43,032 nt of DNA from Thermoproteota archaeon. Its GTDB lineage: Archaea > Thermoproteota > Bathyarchaeia > Bathyarchaeales > JAYEKF01. This document shows positions 14,973 through 23,462 of this stretch, piece by piece; position 1 is the first letter of the stretch; the number at the start of each line of letters is the position of its first letter. The stretch lies in assembly GCA_034660895.1 (NCBI GenBank), contig JAYEKF010000044.1, forward strand, positions 1 to 43,032, given 5' to 3'. The position numbers and the translations under genes are program-made. The notes under the pieces were generated by a model. The model ran no database searches. It was given only the letters and a program-made list of their open reading frames with translations, and was not told the origin of the DNA.

Positions 14973-15449
14973 TCAGGAAATGTAGCAGTCGATAACTCGC
15001 TTCATGTGTTTGGAGGGAAGCCAACCGCTGTTACTAAGCTCCTTTACAATTTTCATCACTTGTGGTTCAACGCGAGCGGTACGAGTAATATCCGTTAAGG
15101 TAACGATTCCAACCAGCCGGTCGTCCTTAACAACGGGAAGTTTCTTAATGTTTCTCCTAAGCATGATCCTCGTAGCTTCCTCTAACTCCATGTGCGGGCT
15201 CACAACAACAAGAGGTTTGGACATAACTTCAGAAACCAAAGCGTCTTCTGGAAGCCTAGACTTTGACAAAATCCTTTTAAGCAGGTCCCTTTCCGTCAAA
15301 ATCCCCACCGCTCCGCCATCTTTCACAACAATTAAACATCCAATTTCGTAATGGTTCATCACATTCACTGCCGTTTTCACTGTTGCGTTCACATCAACTG
15401 TAACCACGTCTTTAGTCATAAAATCTTCAACAATCAAATCCAACACCAA
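14973..15449 (-). CDS. CBS-domain pair protein
   Basis: Two CBS repeats are present: VEDFMTKDVVTV...GILTERDLL and VSEVMSKPLVVV...GIVTLTDI. Confidence 0.85.
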   Translation of the reverse strand: MVLDLIVEDFMTKDVVTVDVNATVKTAVNVMNHYEIGCLIVVKDGGAVGILTERDLLKRILSKSRLPEDALVSEVMSKPLVVVSPHMELEEATRIMLRRNIKKLPVVKDDRLVGIVTLTDITRTARVEPQVMKIVKELSNSGWLPSKHMKRVIDCYIS

Positions 15450-15533
15450 AACACAAACTCATCTATCTAATGGTATAAAATGTTGTATGCACATCCATGC
15501 GACAAACAATCCAAGCTGCGTAAGGAAAGTCTG

Positions 15534-15611
15534 TGGCGGGCCCGGCGGGAATTGAACCCACGACCCCCGGGTTAAAAGCCCGGTGCTCTATCCTTGCTGA
15601 GCTACGGGCCC
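15534..15611 (-). tRNA. tRNA-Lys (anticodon UUU), 78 nt including an encoded CCA
   Basis: The reverse complement is GGGCCCGUAGCUCAGCAAGGAUAGAGCACCGGGCUUUUAACCCGGGGGUCGUGGGUUCAAUUCCCGCCGGGCCCGCCA. All four stems pair. The anticodon loop is CUUUUAA. Confidence 0.95.
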
Positions 15612-15803
15612 AACGACAAGTTTCATCATTAGAGGTTAAATTGAACTTCTTTAGTGTTTCGCATGCTCCTTGTCTTTCCAGCCATGAAAACAGGTTTTCG
15701 CTGCCTAAGAGTGAGCGGAAATAATGATTCAAAATTTGAATCAGAACTTGAATAGTTTTATTAACCCCAACTGAAACAAAAACTCTTTTAGAGGAAAATT
15801 TAC

Positions 15804-16085
15804 ATGGAAGCACAAAAAGCAATACAAAAAGAAATGGAAGAAACTTATGATCGAAGTGATCGAAGCGGTTTCATAGATGGACTTGCTGTAGGATTGGGGG
15901 TAGGCTGCATTGCAGCGTTCATCATTTTGTGGACATCTGTGTTTTTCAGCCCGCACCTACCGCTTGGAATGGAATACGACAATCTGCTCTCAATATTCAT
16001 CTACCCATTAATTTACCTCCTAGCCATCGGACTCGTATCGCTTACAGCCGGAGTGGTAAGACAACATTTCATAAAGAAAAGCTGA
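15804..16085 (+). CDS. Hypothetical small membrane protein (93 aa, 2 TM)
   Basis: This is an ATG-initiated ORF with two clear hydrophobic helices. It is followed by an 8-bp stem hairpin (16094-16119). Confidence 0.5.
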   Translation: MEAQKAIQKEMEETYDRSDRSGFIDGLAVGLGVGCIAAFIILWTSVFFSPHLPLGMEYDNLLSIFIYPLIYLLAIGLVSLTAGVVRQHFIKKS

Positions 16086-16222
16086 TCTCACTTCTTACAT
16101 ACTAAACATGTTATGTAAGGAATATCATAAGCCTCTTCATAAACATAATGCGCTAAGCAACGGAATTTAAATGCAAATTTAATAAAAAAGAAATTCTTAA
16201 GAAGACATAGGATCGTGAAGAA

Positions 16223-16852
16223 ATGCTTGTTAAGAAGGTTCTAGAGGAATTGATAAAAGGAAAAGCTGCCGGTCCATCCCCTGAGTTCACAGTTTTCCAT
16301 TTAATAAAAGCGTTAAAACTTATTTCTCAAGGCCCGATCGGTCGAGGAAAACTATCTAAAAAATTGGGGACTGGAGAAGGGACCAGTCGCACGTTAATTG
16401 AACGGTTAAAAGATGCACAGCTGATAGCTTCTTCCAAAGAGGGGTGCTTCTTAACTGAAGAAGGGAAGAAACTCTGGAAGAAAATTGAAACAGTTTTTCC
16501 AAAAAAAGTGAAACTACAAGAAAACGAGTTGACACTCACCCCTCACAACATTGCCATACTCATCAAAGATTGCGCAAATAAAGTTCAGACGGGAATGAAA
16601 CAACGTGACGCTGCAATCGTGGTTGGCGCTAAAGGGGCAACTACGCTGATTATGAAGAAAGACACGTTAACGATGCCTGCAGTAAGTGAGAATGTGGCGG
16701 AGGATTTCCCAGAAGCTTACCATCAAATCGTTGGGTTGTTGAAACCAGAGGAAAACGACGTTGTAATTGTTGCGAGCGCAGATAGCTTAGAAAAAGCGGA
16801 GTATGGGGCGTTCGCAGCGGGCTGGTCACTTCTCGAAGAAAACTGCAACTAA
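16223..16852 (+). CDS. Putative winged-helix DNA-binding protein with an uncharacterised C-terminal domain
   Basis: The N-terminal GPIGRGKLSKKLGTGEGTSRTLIERLKDAQLI resembles an archaeal wHTH. It is possibly DUF4443-like, but that name is from memory only. Confidence 0.55.
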   Translation: MLVKKVLEELIKGKAAGPSPEFTVFHLIKALKLISQGPIGRGKLSKKLGTGEGTSRTLIERLKDAQLIASSKEGCFLTEEGKKLWKKIETVFPKKVKLQENELTLTPHNIAILIKDCANKVQTGMKQRDAAIVVGAKGATTLIMKKDTLTMPAVSENVAEDFPEAYHQIVGLLKPEENDVVIVASADSLEKAEYGAFAAGWSLLEENCN

Positions 16853-17610
16853 AAAGTGAATTGTTCTCCACCTGCTAGAATACGTTGCAACGTGGCGTCC
16901 AAATTGATCATCCCTTCTTCCGTTTTCGCAGATACGGGTGTCAAAAGAAATTGTAGTTCCAGCTCATGAATCACATGCGCCATGTTGCGGCTTAGCAAAC
17001 GTTTCGTTCCGCTTAGTTTCTTTTCAATAGCCATCTCTAAAGCTTCAGGGTCAGCCGACCAGTTCACCACGCGGTTCCGGTCTGAGAGTGGGAGAAGATC
17101 GCATTTTGATAGGACGTGCATTTGGGGGAGAAGAAAGCGGTTGTATACAGCGGCTGAGAGGAAAAGGTTGGAAACGTAGTTAAGAGGGTCAAGAGAGAAC
17201 ACAGCGTCAAACAAGTAAACAATGGCTTTCGGCTTGTCGGTTAAATGAGCAGCGATGTACGGACCGCTGGCGCGGAAAGCGAAAAGCTCCATCTGCCCAG
17301 GTGTGTCCACAAGAATTAAGTCTGCGTTTAAGCCTTCAATTTCTTTCCCAAGCGTTTCTGACTTATCTGCAATTAAATCAGCAGCTAACACCAACGCTCC
17401 GTTAGGCCCCAACTTGTACTTTTCCATTAAATCTTCCACTTGAACTTGGTCGCGGACGTCCACATCTGGAGTGTAAGGTAAAGTTAGGGCTCCAGGGTCA
17501 AGGTTTACAGTGACCGCATCTTGCTTTTTCATTTTCAGCCAATCGTTGAAAGCAGCTGTGAGGAGGGATTTACCGGAGCCTGCGGTTCCAATTATGAAAA
17601 TAGTGAACAT
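16849..17610 (-). CDS. GPN-loop GTPase
   Basis: The P-loop GTAGSGKS, the GPNGALV motif and DTPGQMELF are present. Confidence 0.9.
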   Translation of the reverse strand: MFTIFIIGTAGSGKSLLTAAFNDWLKMKKQDAVTVNLDPGALTLPYTPDVDVRDQVQVEDLMEKYKLGPNGALVLAADLIADKSETLGKEIEGLNADLILVDTPGQMELFAFRASGPYIAAHLTDKPKAIVYLFDAVFSLDPLNYVSNLFLSAAVYNRFLLPQMHVLSKCDLLPLSDRNRVVNWSADPEALEMAIEKKLSGTKRLLSRNMAHVIHELELQFLLTPVSAKTEEGMINLDATLQRILAGGEQFTF

Positions 17611-17619
17611 ACTTGGTCA

Positions 17620-18456
17620 TCACCAGCTTTTAGTTTTCATTGGTTTTATTTTTCCACCTTTCTCTCGAATCATTTCAGAAAGTTGAGTAAGAGCTCGGCT
17701 CACCCGTTGCCTCGCCACTTCGGAATGCTTAGCCGTAGTGGAAAAGTGAAACTCAATCCGCGAAATTTTTTCTCCTCCTTTAGGGTGCGACTTCACGTAA
17801 ACACATGGATTATCATGCATAACTCGTTCGATAAGGGGAGCTATTTCGGACTCCCCAACGCATCTTGCATAAATGCCGGCTTCAAAAAACATCATGCCTT
17901 CCGCGGCTTGTTTTAAAAGCGGAGCCACCGAGCGCTCGAAAGTCTCTTTCATTTCAGAAGGAACACCAGGCAATGCAATTAGCGTTGTATCTTTCTGTTT
18001 AATCATCACACCCGGCGCCGTTCCCACCGGATTAAAGAAGGGAACAGAATTTTCTGGCAGCTTCGCCATTTTCTCCCGAGGGGAAGTTAGCTCAAACTTT
18101 TCTATTATTCCCTGCTTAACATACGCACGATATCTTTCTTTCACCATCTCTAATGCTTCACTGTGCACTTTTAATTTGCAGTTGAACGCCTCGGCGACGC
18201 CCTTCAACGTTTTATCGTCGAAGGTTGGACCTAAGCCTCCGGTGGTGATAACAAATTTTGGCTTACGTTTCATAGTTTCTTGTACGGCGTGGGATATTTC
18301 TTCAACTTCGTCGCGGACGGTGGTGATGCGGCGTACCTCAAGCCCTAAAGAGGTGATTCGTTTAGCCAGCCAATGTGCGTTGGTGTTCAGTACCTTACCG
18401 ATTAACAGTTCGTTTCCGACACAGATGATTTCGACAGGTTTAGACATAGTGTTCAC
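17620..18456 (-). CDS. CinA-like molybdopterin-binding (MoCF biosynthesis fold) protein
   Basis: IICVGNELLIGKVLNTNAHWLAKRI and TTGGLGPTFDD are typical of the CinA N-terminal or MoaB-like fold. Confidence 0.8.
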   Translation of the reverse strand: MNTMSKPVEIICVGNELLIGKVLNTNAHWLAKRITSLGLEVRRITTVRDEVEEISHAVQETMKRKPKFVITTGGLGPTFDDKTLKGVAEAFNCKLKVHSEALEMVKERYRAYVKQGIIEKFELTSPREKMAKLPENSVPFFNPVGTAPGVMIKQKDTTLIALPGVPSEMKETFERSVAPLLKQAAEGMMFFEAGIYARCVGESEIAPLIERVMHDNPCVYVKSHPKGGEKISRIEFHFSTTAKHSEVARQRVSRALTQLSEMIREKGGKIKPMKTKSW

Positions 18457-18579
18457 TCAACTTACAGAGAGTTGAATAAGGTATTAGAAAATAAATAATA
18501 ATTGCTTCGTTTCCCTTAAAAGGTTCAACGAAAAGCTTGTCATCTATGGAAAAGCTGGACGCTGCTGGCTTCGCCTCGT

Positions 18580-18831
18580 TCACTTTTTCTTGCTGAGCCA
18601 CCACTTCAAGTATTCTCGATGTTCTTTCTTTTGCTGGTCGCTTTCAGACTCAAATTTGGGGCGAAGGTTTTCCCTATGCTCCATTAATTCTTGGCGAGTG
18701 AGGGATAACCCACAGCTTTTGCACGCGTAGCGTCTTGTACGGGAAATGTATTGCATTTCACCACCGCATTCCGGACAGTAAGGCATGTGGAATCTGTTTC
18801 TCCCGGTAAACAATGACAGTTTGTATGACAA
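18580..18831 (-). CDS. Small zinc-ribbon protein (start possibly at ATG 18786)
   Basis: The CPECGG...CKSCG pair is followed by a basic C-terminal tail. Confidence 0.5.
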   Translation of the reverse strand: MSYKLSLFTGRNRFHMPYCPECGGEMQYISRTRRYACKSCGLSLTRQELMEHRENLRPKFESESDQQKKEHREYLKWWLSKKK

Positions 18832-18858
18832 ATAGCTTTTGGTCTGAAACTAACGCAT

Positions 18859-19950
18859 CTACGTTATTAAGTTAGTTAACCCCGCTTTCTCAGCGAGTTG
18901 AACCGCCCGCTTTTTCTCGTGTTCGGTAAGTCTTCTTTGCAATTCAGGGATTTCGTAAGCATGCCACTCAGGGCGATACTGAAACATCACGTTGGTTCTA
19001 GTTCCTTCCCCAAGATTTTCAGTTATCCAATTTAAAATTGGCCTTGTGCAACATTCTAAATGCTTGGGTAAAACTAAGATGCGGATAATTAGTTCTCCGT
19101 ATTCTTTTGCGTAGAGATGGTTTCTTGTACAGACTTCCCAGTAGTTTGGGGCGTCAGAGATTTTTTCAGCGCATTCGTTGTTTCCGTACTTAAAGTCGAG
19201 AAGATAAACGTCCACGAAACCCGCAAGAAGTTTAGCTGTTTCTTCGCTGTAATACGAGTTGGAGTTCCAAACCACTGGAATGTTCACTTCGACGTTTCGA
19301 AATGTTTCCAGCCACTGTTCAAGCCAAGGTGTTGGCTCTCCGCCGACCAGATTGGCGTTTCTGCACCCCTTTTCACGTAGTTTTTCAACCTCCCTTGCCA
19401 ACTGTTCAGGTGTGTAGATTTCGCCGTTTTCCATCCATTGGCTTATGCTCCAGTTTTGGCAGTGGCGGCAACACATTGTGCAGCCCAAAGTAAAAATGGT
19501 TCCAGACGGCACCAACTCCGGTTCTTCGCCCATGTGTTGAAAGATTGTGGAGATCGTGATTTGCGTTCCGCACCTGCAATATCCAAGCTTGCTGTTAAGC
19601 CGGTTGACACCGCATTGTCGAGTGCAGAAGTGGCAACTTTCGAGAATTCGATTAGCAATTTCAATTTTTAAGTCTAGAAATGAGTTTTCGGGTGTTTCCA
19701 GTTCTTCGAGACGTTTTAAACGGGAATCGACTTCCTTTTCCAGTTCATAAAAATGTTTGGTAAGCCGGCTGTGGATTTGCCACAGTTTGGACGTGGAATC
19801 GTTTTTGCTGAAGTTGGCGGATAAATTTTTTGCAATCATAAACTTAGCTGATTTCTCATCGTTCATAACATCGAAATATCTGGCTAGGCTTGCTCGAGCC
19901 CTCTTATCTTTTAACACAGCCCTCGCATCCGGCCTCCAAACCGCCCACAT
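18859..19950 (-). CDS. Radical SAM protein, PflX-like (COG1313-type putative activase)
   Basis: The CTMCCRHCQNW segment contains a CxxxCxxC motif. The upstream segment ILESCHFCTRQCGVNRLNSKLGYCRCG is typical of PflX-like proteins. Confidence 0.75.
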   Translation of the reverse strand: MWAVWRPDARAVLKDKRARASLARYFDVMNDEKSAKFMIAKNLSANFSKNDSTSKLWQIHSRLTKHFYELEKEVDSRLKRLEELETPENSFLDLKIEIANRILESCHFCTRQCGVNRLNSKLGYCRCGTQITISTIFQHMGEEPELVPSGTIFTLGCTMCCRHCQNWSISQWMENGEIYTPEQLAREVEKLREKGCRNANLVGGEPTPWLEQWLETFRNVEVNIPVVWNSNSYYSEETAKLLAGFVDVYLLDFKYGNNECAEKISDAPNYWEVCTRNHLYAKEYGELIIRILVLPKHLECCTRPILNWITENLGEGTRTNVMFQYRPEWHAYEIPELQRRLTEHEKKRAVQLAEKAGLTNLIT

Positions 19951-20096
19951 GTTGAGCCATCCAAACAGATTATTTGTAAACGCTAATTTATCCGTTAGGA
20001 TAAAAATGAACGTTGAAGGGGAGACCGAACCTAGTTGACTTTAGAAAACATTCTAAACTTCAAGATGCGAAACGGTTTATCAGCCACTTTAACGTT

Positions 20097-21149
20097 TTAG
20101 AATAGGGCGTATGGGTAAGAGAAGCCGCCGGGATGCAATCGGCCTTTTATTGGAATGTTTTGTCCGCAGGCTGGGCAACGCATGTCTTTGGTGAGATTCC
20201 ACTTTGCAATTTCAAAGCTGAAGCGTTTGATGAGTAGTTCATGACAGTTCGGGCAGTAAGTGTTCTCGCACCGGTGCCCTGGCACGTTTCCCATGTACAC
20301 GTAGTTCAGCCCAACTTCGCTCGCGGCATCACAAGCCTTTTCCAGAAGGTCAATGGGTGTGGATGGAATGCTTGTTAGCTGGTAATTTGGGTGAAACCTT
20401 AGCAGATGGAAAGGCGTATCCTTTCCAAGGTTGTCTCGAATCCAAGTAGTAAGTGCACGAATCTTGCTGGTTATGTCTTTTGTTCTCGGCATTACTAGAT
20501 TGGTTATTTCTATGTGTATCCCCTTCCGCTTCATCTCTTTCAACGACTCGTAAATTGGGTCGACGGAAGGGGCAACGCAAAACTTCTTGTAAAACTCTGG
20601 GTCGCCTTCACCTTTGAAGTCCACAGTTGCGGCGTCCAAAACAGGAGCAATTGTTTTGACAGCTTCAGGCGTCATGTACCCGTTTGTTACGAAAGTGTTG
20701 AAGATTCCCATTTTGTGTGCTAATACAGCGGTGTCATATGCGTATTCGAAGAAAATTGTTGGTTCTGTGTAGGTGTAGCTGATACCTTGACAACCATTGT
20801 TTCTAGCCGCCTTCACAACCTCTTCCGGCGGAAAGTCTCGACCTTGAATATTTTCTTCTTGACTGATTATCCAGTTATCGCAGAATTTACATCTGAAATT
20901 GCATCCCACCGTAGCGATGGACATGACCAGTGCGCCAGGATGAAAATGAGATAGAGGCTTCTTGCCGATGGGGTCGACGCATGCGGAACAAGCCTTCCCG
21001 TAGACAAGTGAGTAGAGCCGTCCCTTTTCGTTTTTTCTGACTCGACAGAACCCCGTGGATCCTTCGGGAATGACGCATCTTCGTGCACAGAGGTTGCATT
21101 TTACTTTGTTTTGCGACAGCTGTTCATAAAACATGGCTTCTTTTGGCAT
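20097..21149 (-). CDS. AmmeMemoRadiSam-system-type radical SAM enzyme (PflA-like)
   Basis: The N-terminal KVKCNLCARRCVIPEGSTGFCRVR, PIGKKPLSHFHPG and the GCNFRCKFCDNW radical-SAM motif are present. Confidence 0.8.
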   Translation of the reverse strand: MPKEAMFYEQLSQNKVKCNLCARRCVIPEGSTGFCRVRKNEKGRLYSLVYGKACSACVDPIGKKPLSHFHPGALVMSIATVGCNFRCKFCDNWIISQEENIQGRDFPPEEVVKAARNNGCQGISYTYTEPTIFFEYAYDTAVLAHKMGIFNTFVTNGYMTPEAVKTIAPVLDAATVDFKGEGDPEFYKKFCVAPSVDPIYESLKEMKRKGIHIEITNLVMPRTKDITSKIRALTTWIRDNLGKDTPFHLLRFHPNYQLTSIPSTPIDLLEKACDAASEVGLNYVYMGNVPGHRCENTYCPNCHELLIKRFSFEIAKWNLTKDMRCPACGQNIPIKGRLHPGGFSYPYALF

Positions 21150-21440
21150 TTACTCCACCTCCTCTAGGTGGATTCCGTCGCCGTTGAACCTCAGGGTCAA
21201 TGCTTTTGTGGTGGCTCTGAAGCCTCTTCTGGAGCCGTCTAACTCAACCAAGTTTGCCTCTCTAAGCTTGTTTATGTGGAACCAAACTGTCATACGCGGC
21301 TGCGCCGTTATTTGTTGAAGCTCGGAGATAGTCAGTTTATCCGGATATTTCCTTATTAATCTCCGAAGCATCTCAGCTCTCGTAGGCTGGCTTAAAGCTT
21401 CACATATTTTGTGACCGTTCAACTCTTTCTTAGAGGACAT
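21150..21440 (-). CDS. ArsR-family winged-helix transcriptional regulator
   Basis: ICEALSQPTRAEMLRRL...ISELQQITAQPRMTVWFHINKLREANLV is an ArsR signature. The stop codon abuts the radical-SAM start codon (21150/21149). Confidence 0.85.
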   Translation of the reverse strand: MSSKKELNGHKICEALSQPTRAEMLRRLIRKYPDKLTISELQQITAQPRMTVWFHINKLREANLVELDGSRRGFRATTKALTLRFNGDGIHLEEVE

Positions 21441-21450
21441 TTTTGTTGCT

Positions 21451-21468
21451 CTAGTACTTTTATACTAG
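21451..21468. promoter_or_regulatory. Palindrome CTAGTA-N6-TACTAG overlapping TATA-like sequence just upstream of the ArsR gene
   Basis: There are perfect 6-bp inverted arms. On the minus strand the sequence reads CTAGTATAAAAGTACTAG, 10 nt upstream of the ATG at 21440. A second TATA-like TTTATA lies at 21477-21482. Confidence 0.5.
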
Positions 21469-21716
21469 TATAGTGGTATAAACCTTACGCTCTTGCAGCG
21501 TCGACAAGCAAATTGTGCACACATAAAGCTTAGTGGTTAATTTGAACTGCATGACACTCTTTCACAAGGTCTTCGAAGACTGCCTTAACTAGAACAAAAG
21601 CAATTTCGCACGACTAAGTAAGTTTATAATCAACGTTATCTCAACGAAGTATCAGCTTTGAATCAGCAACTGGAATCTGCTGAAAGACATGTAAAATGCG
21701 GTCTGGGAGGCTAGAG

Positions 21717-22356
21717 ATGCATAAAATTGAAGAATCTTCAAAGGAGAGAGCCCTAGGAAAAACGGTGGAAGTAAGATACTGCCGCTTCCTGAGTGATAAA
21801 GTGATGCTAGGAGAATGTTATGAGATCAAGAAATTAGAGAAGATCTTCTGAAGAAGTTAGGATTCCCATCGAGATCATAAGGGAGTTTGCGACGCAAAAG
21901 AATAATTATCCGTTTCCATGGAAGAGCAACAATCTCTGTTGGAATCCTACATACGCTGGAAATTTTTGTCAAGATTTGCTAGCTTATATTTTTGAAAAAC
22001 AATTCCATTACAAAAGATTAGACAAAAGTCAATTCGGCTTCAAACACCCAATTCATGGTTCGGATTTAATAATGAAGAGCCCTGAAAGCAAGCTCCACCT
22101 CATCGAAGTCAAGTCCGTTGCGCCCTCGTTGTCTACACAGAGGTTTTGTCGGATCCATGGTCGTAAAGCTGCACAACAATTGGAGAGATACTACGATGTA
22201 ATATTAACAAGGAACCCAATTGTGCCGGTCACTAAAGATTTAGTCGTTTTTGATTTTACTGAAGATGAAAGTGGAATAACAGAAACCTCTTTTGAAGAGG
22301 TGCCTGAAGACATCAATGTTATTTGTTTAATATTGGCCTTTAATCGCCTATTTTAG
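21717..22356 (+). pseudogene. PD-(D/E)xK nuclease-fold protein, apparently split by a +1 frame change near 21838-21851
   Basis: ATG 21717 has a strong GGGAGG RBS and opens a 44-codon ORF ending at TGA 21849-21851. The next frame is open from 21838 to 22356 with no ATG, GTG or TTG before 21976. It contains HGSDLIM-x9-LHLIEVKS (D...ExK). Confidence 0.45.
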
Positions 22357-22374
22357 TAAAGATTTAAATATTGG

Positions 22375-22389
22375 ACTTACCACTTACCA
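22375..22389 (+). promoter_or_regulatory. Tandem heptamer CTTACCA CTTACCA downstream of a TTTAAATA box (22363-22370); candidate operator and promoter of the HTH-hsp20 operon
   Basis: The direct repeat was read directly from the sequence. It lies between the TATA-like box and the GGGAGG RBS / GTG start at 22429. Confidence 0.4.
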
Positions 22390-22428
22390 ATTAGTAATTA
22401 GAAACTAAGCGAAACGGGAGGCAACCCT

Positions 22429-22842
22429 GTGGGACTGAGATTATTATTAGTTAAAGACGACGAAGTCCTGTACGAGATACCGTTGTTGATGGAAGATTGG
22501 CAAAGGGAGCGTTTGGACGACGAGTTAAAGGCTTTGGAGCAGGAGTTCGATAATTTTTCAATGATCTTCGATGCTTTATCAAATAAGAGTCGATTAAGAA
22601 TGATGAAGAGGCTTTTTGAGGATAATGATCTCACGCTCGGCTTTACAGATTTCATGAAGGACCTTCGTCTAAATCCAAAGACTGTCTGGGAAGGTACAAA
22701 GAAGTTGTGTAGAGGCGGCCTTTTAGAGAAGTCTAACGACGGTAAGTACAGGTGTTCAGAGCTTGGTCAGGCGGAGTTCCTAATGATTAGCCTCCTGTTA
22801 AGGCATCTGCTTCACACTTTCAGAGAATTAGAAGAATGGTAG
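22429..22842 (+). CDS. ArsR/Phr-like winged-helix regulator
   Basis: The C-terminal half reads IFDALSNKSRLRMMKRL...DFMKDLRLNPKTVWEGTKKLCRGGLLEK. The gene lies 13 nt upstream of hsp20. Confidence 0.65.
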   Translation: MGLRLLLVKDDEVLYEIPLLMEDWQRERLDDELKALEQEFDNFSMIFDALSNKSRLRMMKRLFEDNDLTLGFTDFMKDLRLNPKTVWEGTKKLCRGGLLEKSNDGKYRCSELGQAEFLMISLLLRHLLHTFRELEEW

Positions 22843-22855
22843 GAGGTGAAAAAAT

Positions 22856-23353
22856 ATGGCAGGATTTGATGAAATTTTCCGAGATATGGACGCTTACTTC
22901 AAGAAAGTTACAGAGAGAATGTCCAAAGAAATAGAGGAGCTTACAAAAGCAGTACAAACCGGGAAGCTTCGAGGCAAATGGGATGTCACGCCGATTGATA
23001 AGCCTGGTGTTCAAGGTTACGTTATCAGAGGATGGTTCCAACTTGGCGAACCACCACAAATCCCCAAAGGCGTCATAGAAGAAGTTCGAGAGCCCTTAGT
23101 GGACGTTTTTGAAGACGAGGACCAAGTGAAACTTTACGTCGAACTGCCCGGCGCTGAAAAAGAGGACATCCAACTTAACATCGCTGATGGAAAAGCTGAA
23201 GTAAAAGCCAAAAACTTCTACAAGCGCATAAATTTACCTACCAAAGACGTAGAGTTCAAAAAAGCCTCCACAAGCTACAAAAACGGCGTACTAGAAGTTA
23301 CCGTACCAAAAAAGAAGACAACCAAAAAAGAAAAGAAAAGAAACACAGCATAA
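22856..23353 (+). CDS. hsp20: Small heat-shock protein, Hsp20/alpha-crystallin family
   Basis: The alpha-crystallin core is present: VDVFEDEDQVKLYVELPGAEKEDIQL...SYKNGVLEVTVPK. Confidence 0.9.
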   Translation: MAGFDEIFRDMDAYFKKVTERMSKEIEELTKAVQTGKLRGKWDVTPIDKPGVQGYVIRGWFQLGEPPQIPKGVIEEVREPLVDVFEDEDQVKLYVELPGAEKEDIQLNIADGKAEVKAKNFYKRINLPTKDVEFKKASTSYKNGVLEVTVPKKKTTKKEKKRNTA

Positions 23354-23462
23354 AAATTGAGTAGGGAAGAAGCAAGTTCCTTAAAAAAGCTTAGCCTAGT
23401 TCCGTCGCTTCAACACCGACACGGAGAGTTCAAGTGTAAAAAAAATACAACTAAAAATAAAT

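Noticed and set aside
13487-15611. An integrated element targeted to tRNA-Asp or tRNA-Lys.
   Set aside because: There is no integrase, no direct repeat of either tRNA 3' end, and the genes between the tRNAs are ordinary small housekeeping-type genes.
15463-15822. A 119-aa minus-strand ORF and the 63-aa plus-strand ORF 15533-15724.
   Set aside because: Both span tRNA-Lys (15534-15611), and the tRNA fold is unambiguous.
16094-16119. An 8-bp stem hairpin (CTTACATA-N10-TATGTAAG) after the 15804 gene, as a terminator.
   Set aside because: Archaeal termination mainly uses oligo-T tracts. A single short hairpin without a T-run is weak evidence, so I did not list it as a feature.
10045-21837. In-frame TAG codons (10045-10047 and 21835-21837) as possible pyrrolysine or reassigned codons.
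   Set aside because: TAG terminates several well-supported genes in this window (stops at 14285, 16849-16851, 18859-18861, 22354 and 22840). There are no pyl genes or methylamine methyltransferases here.
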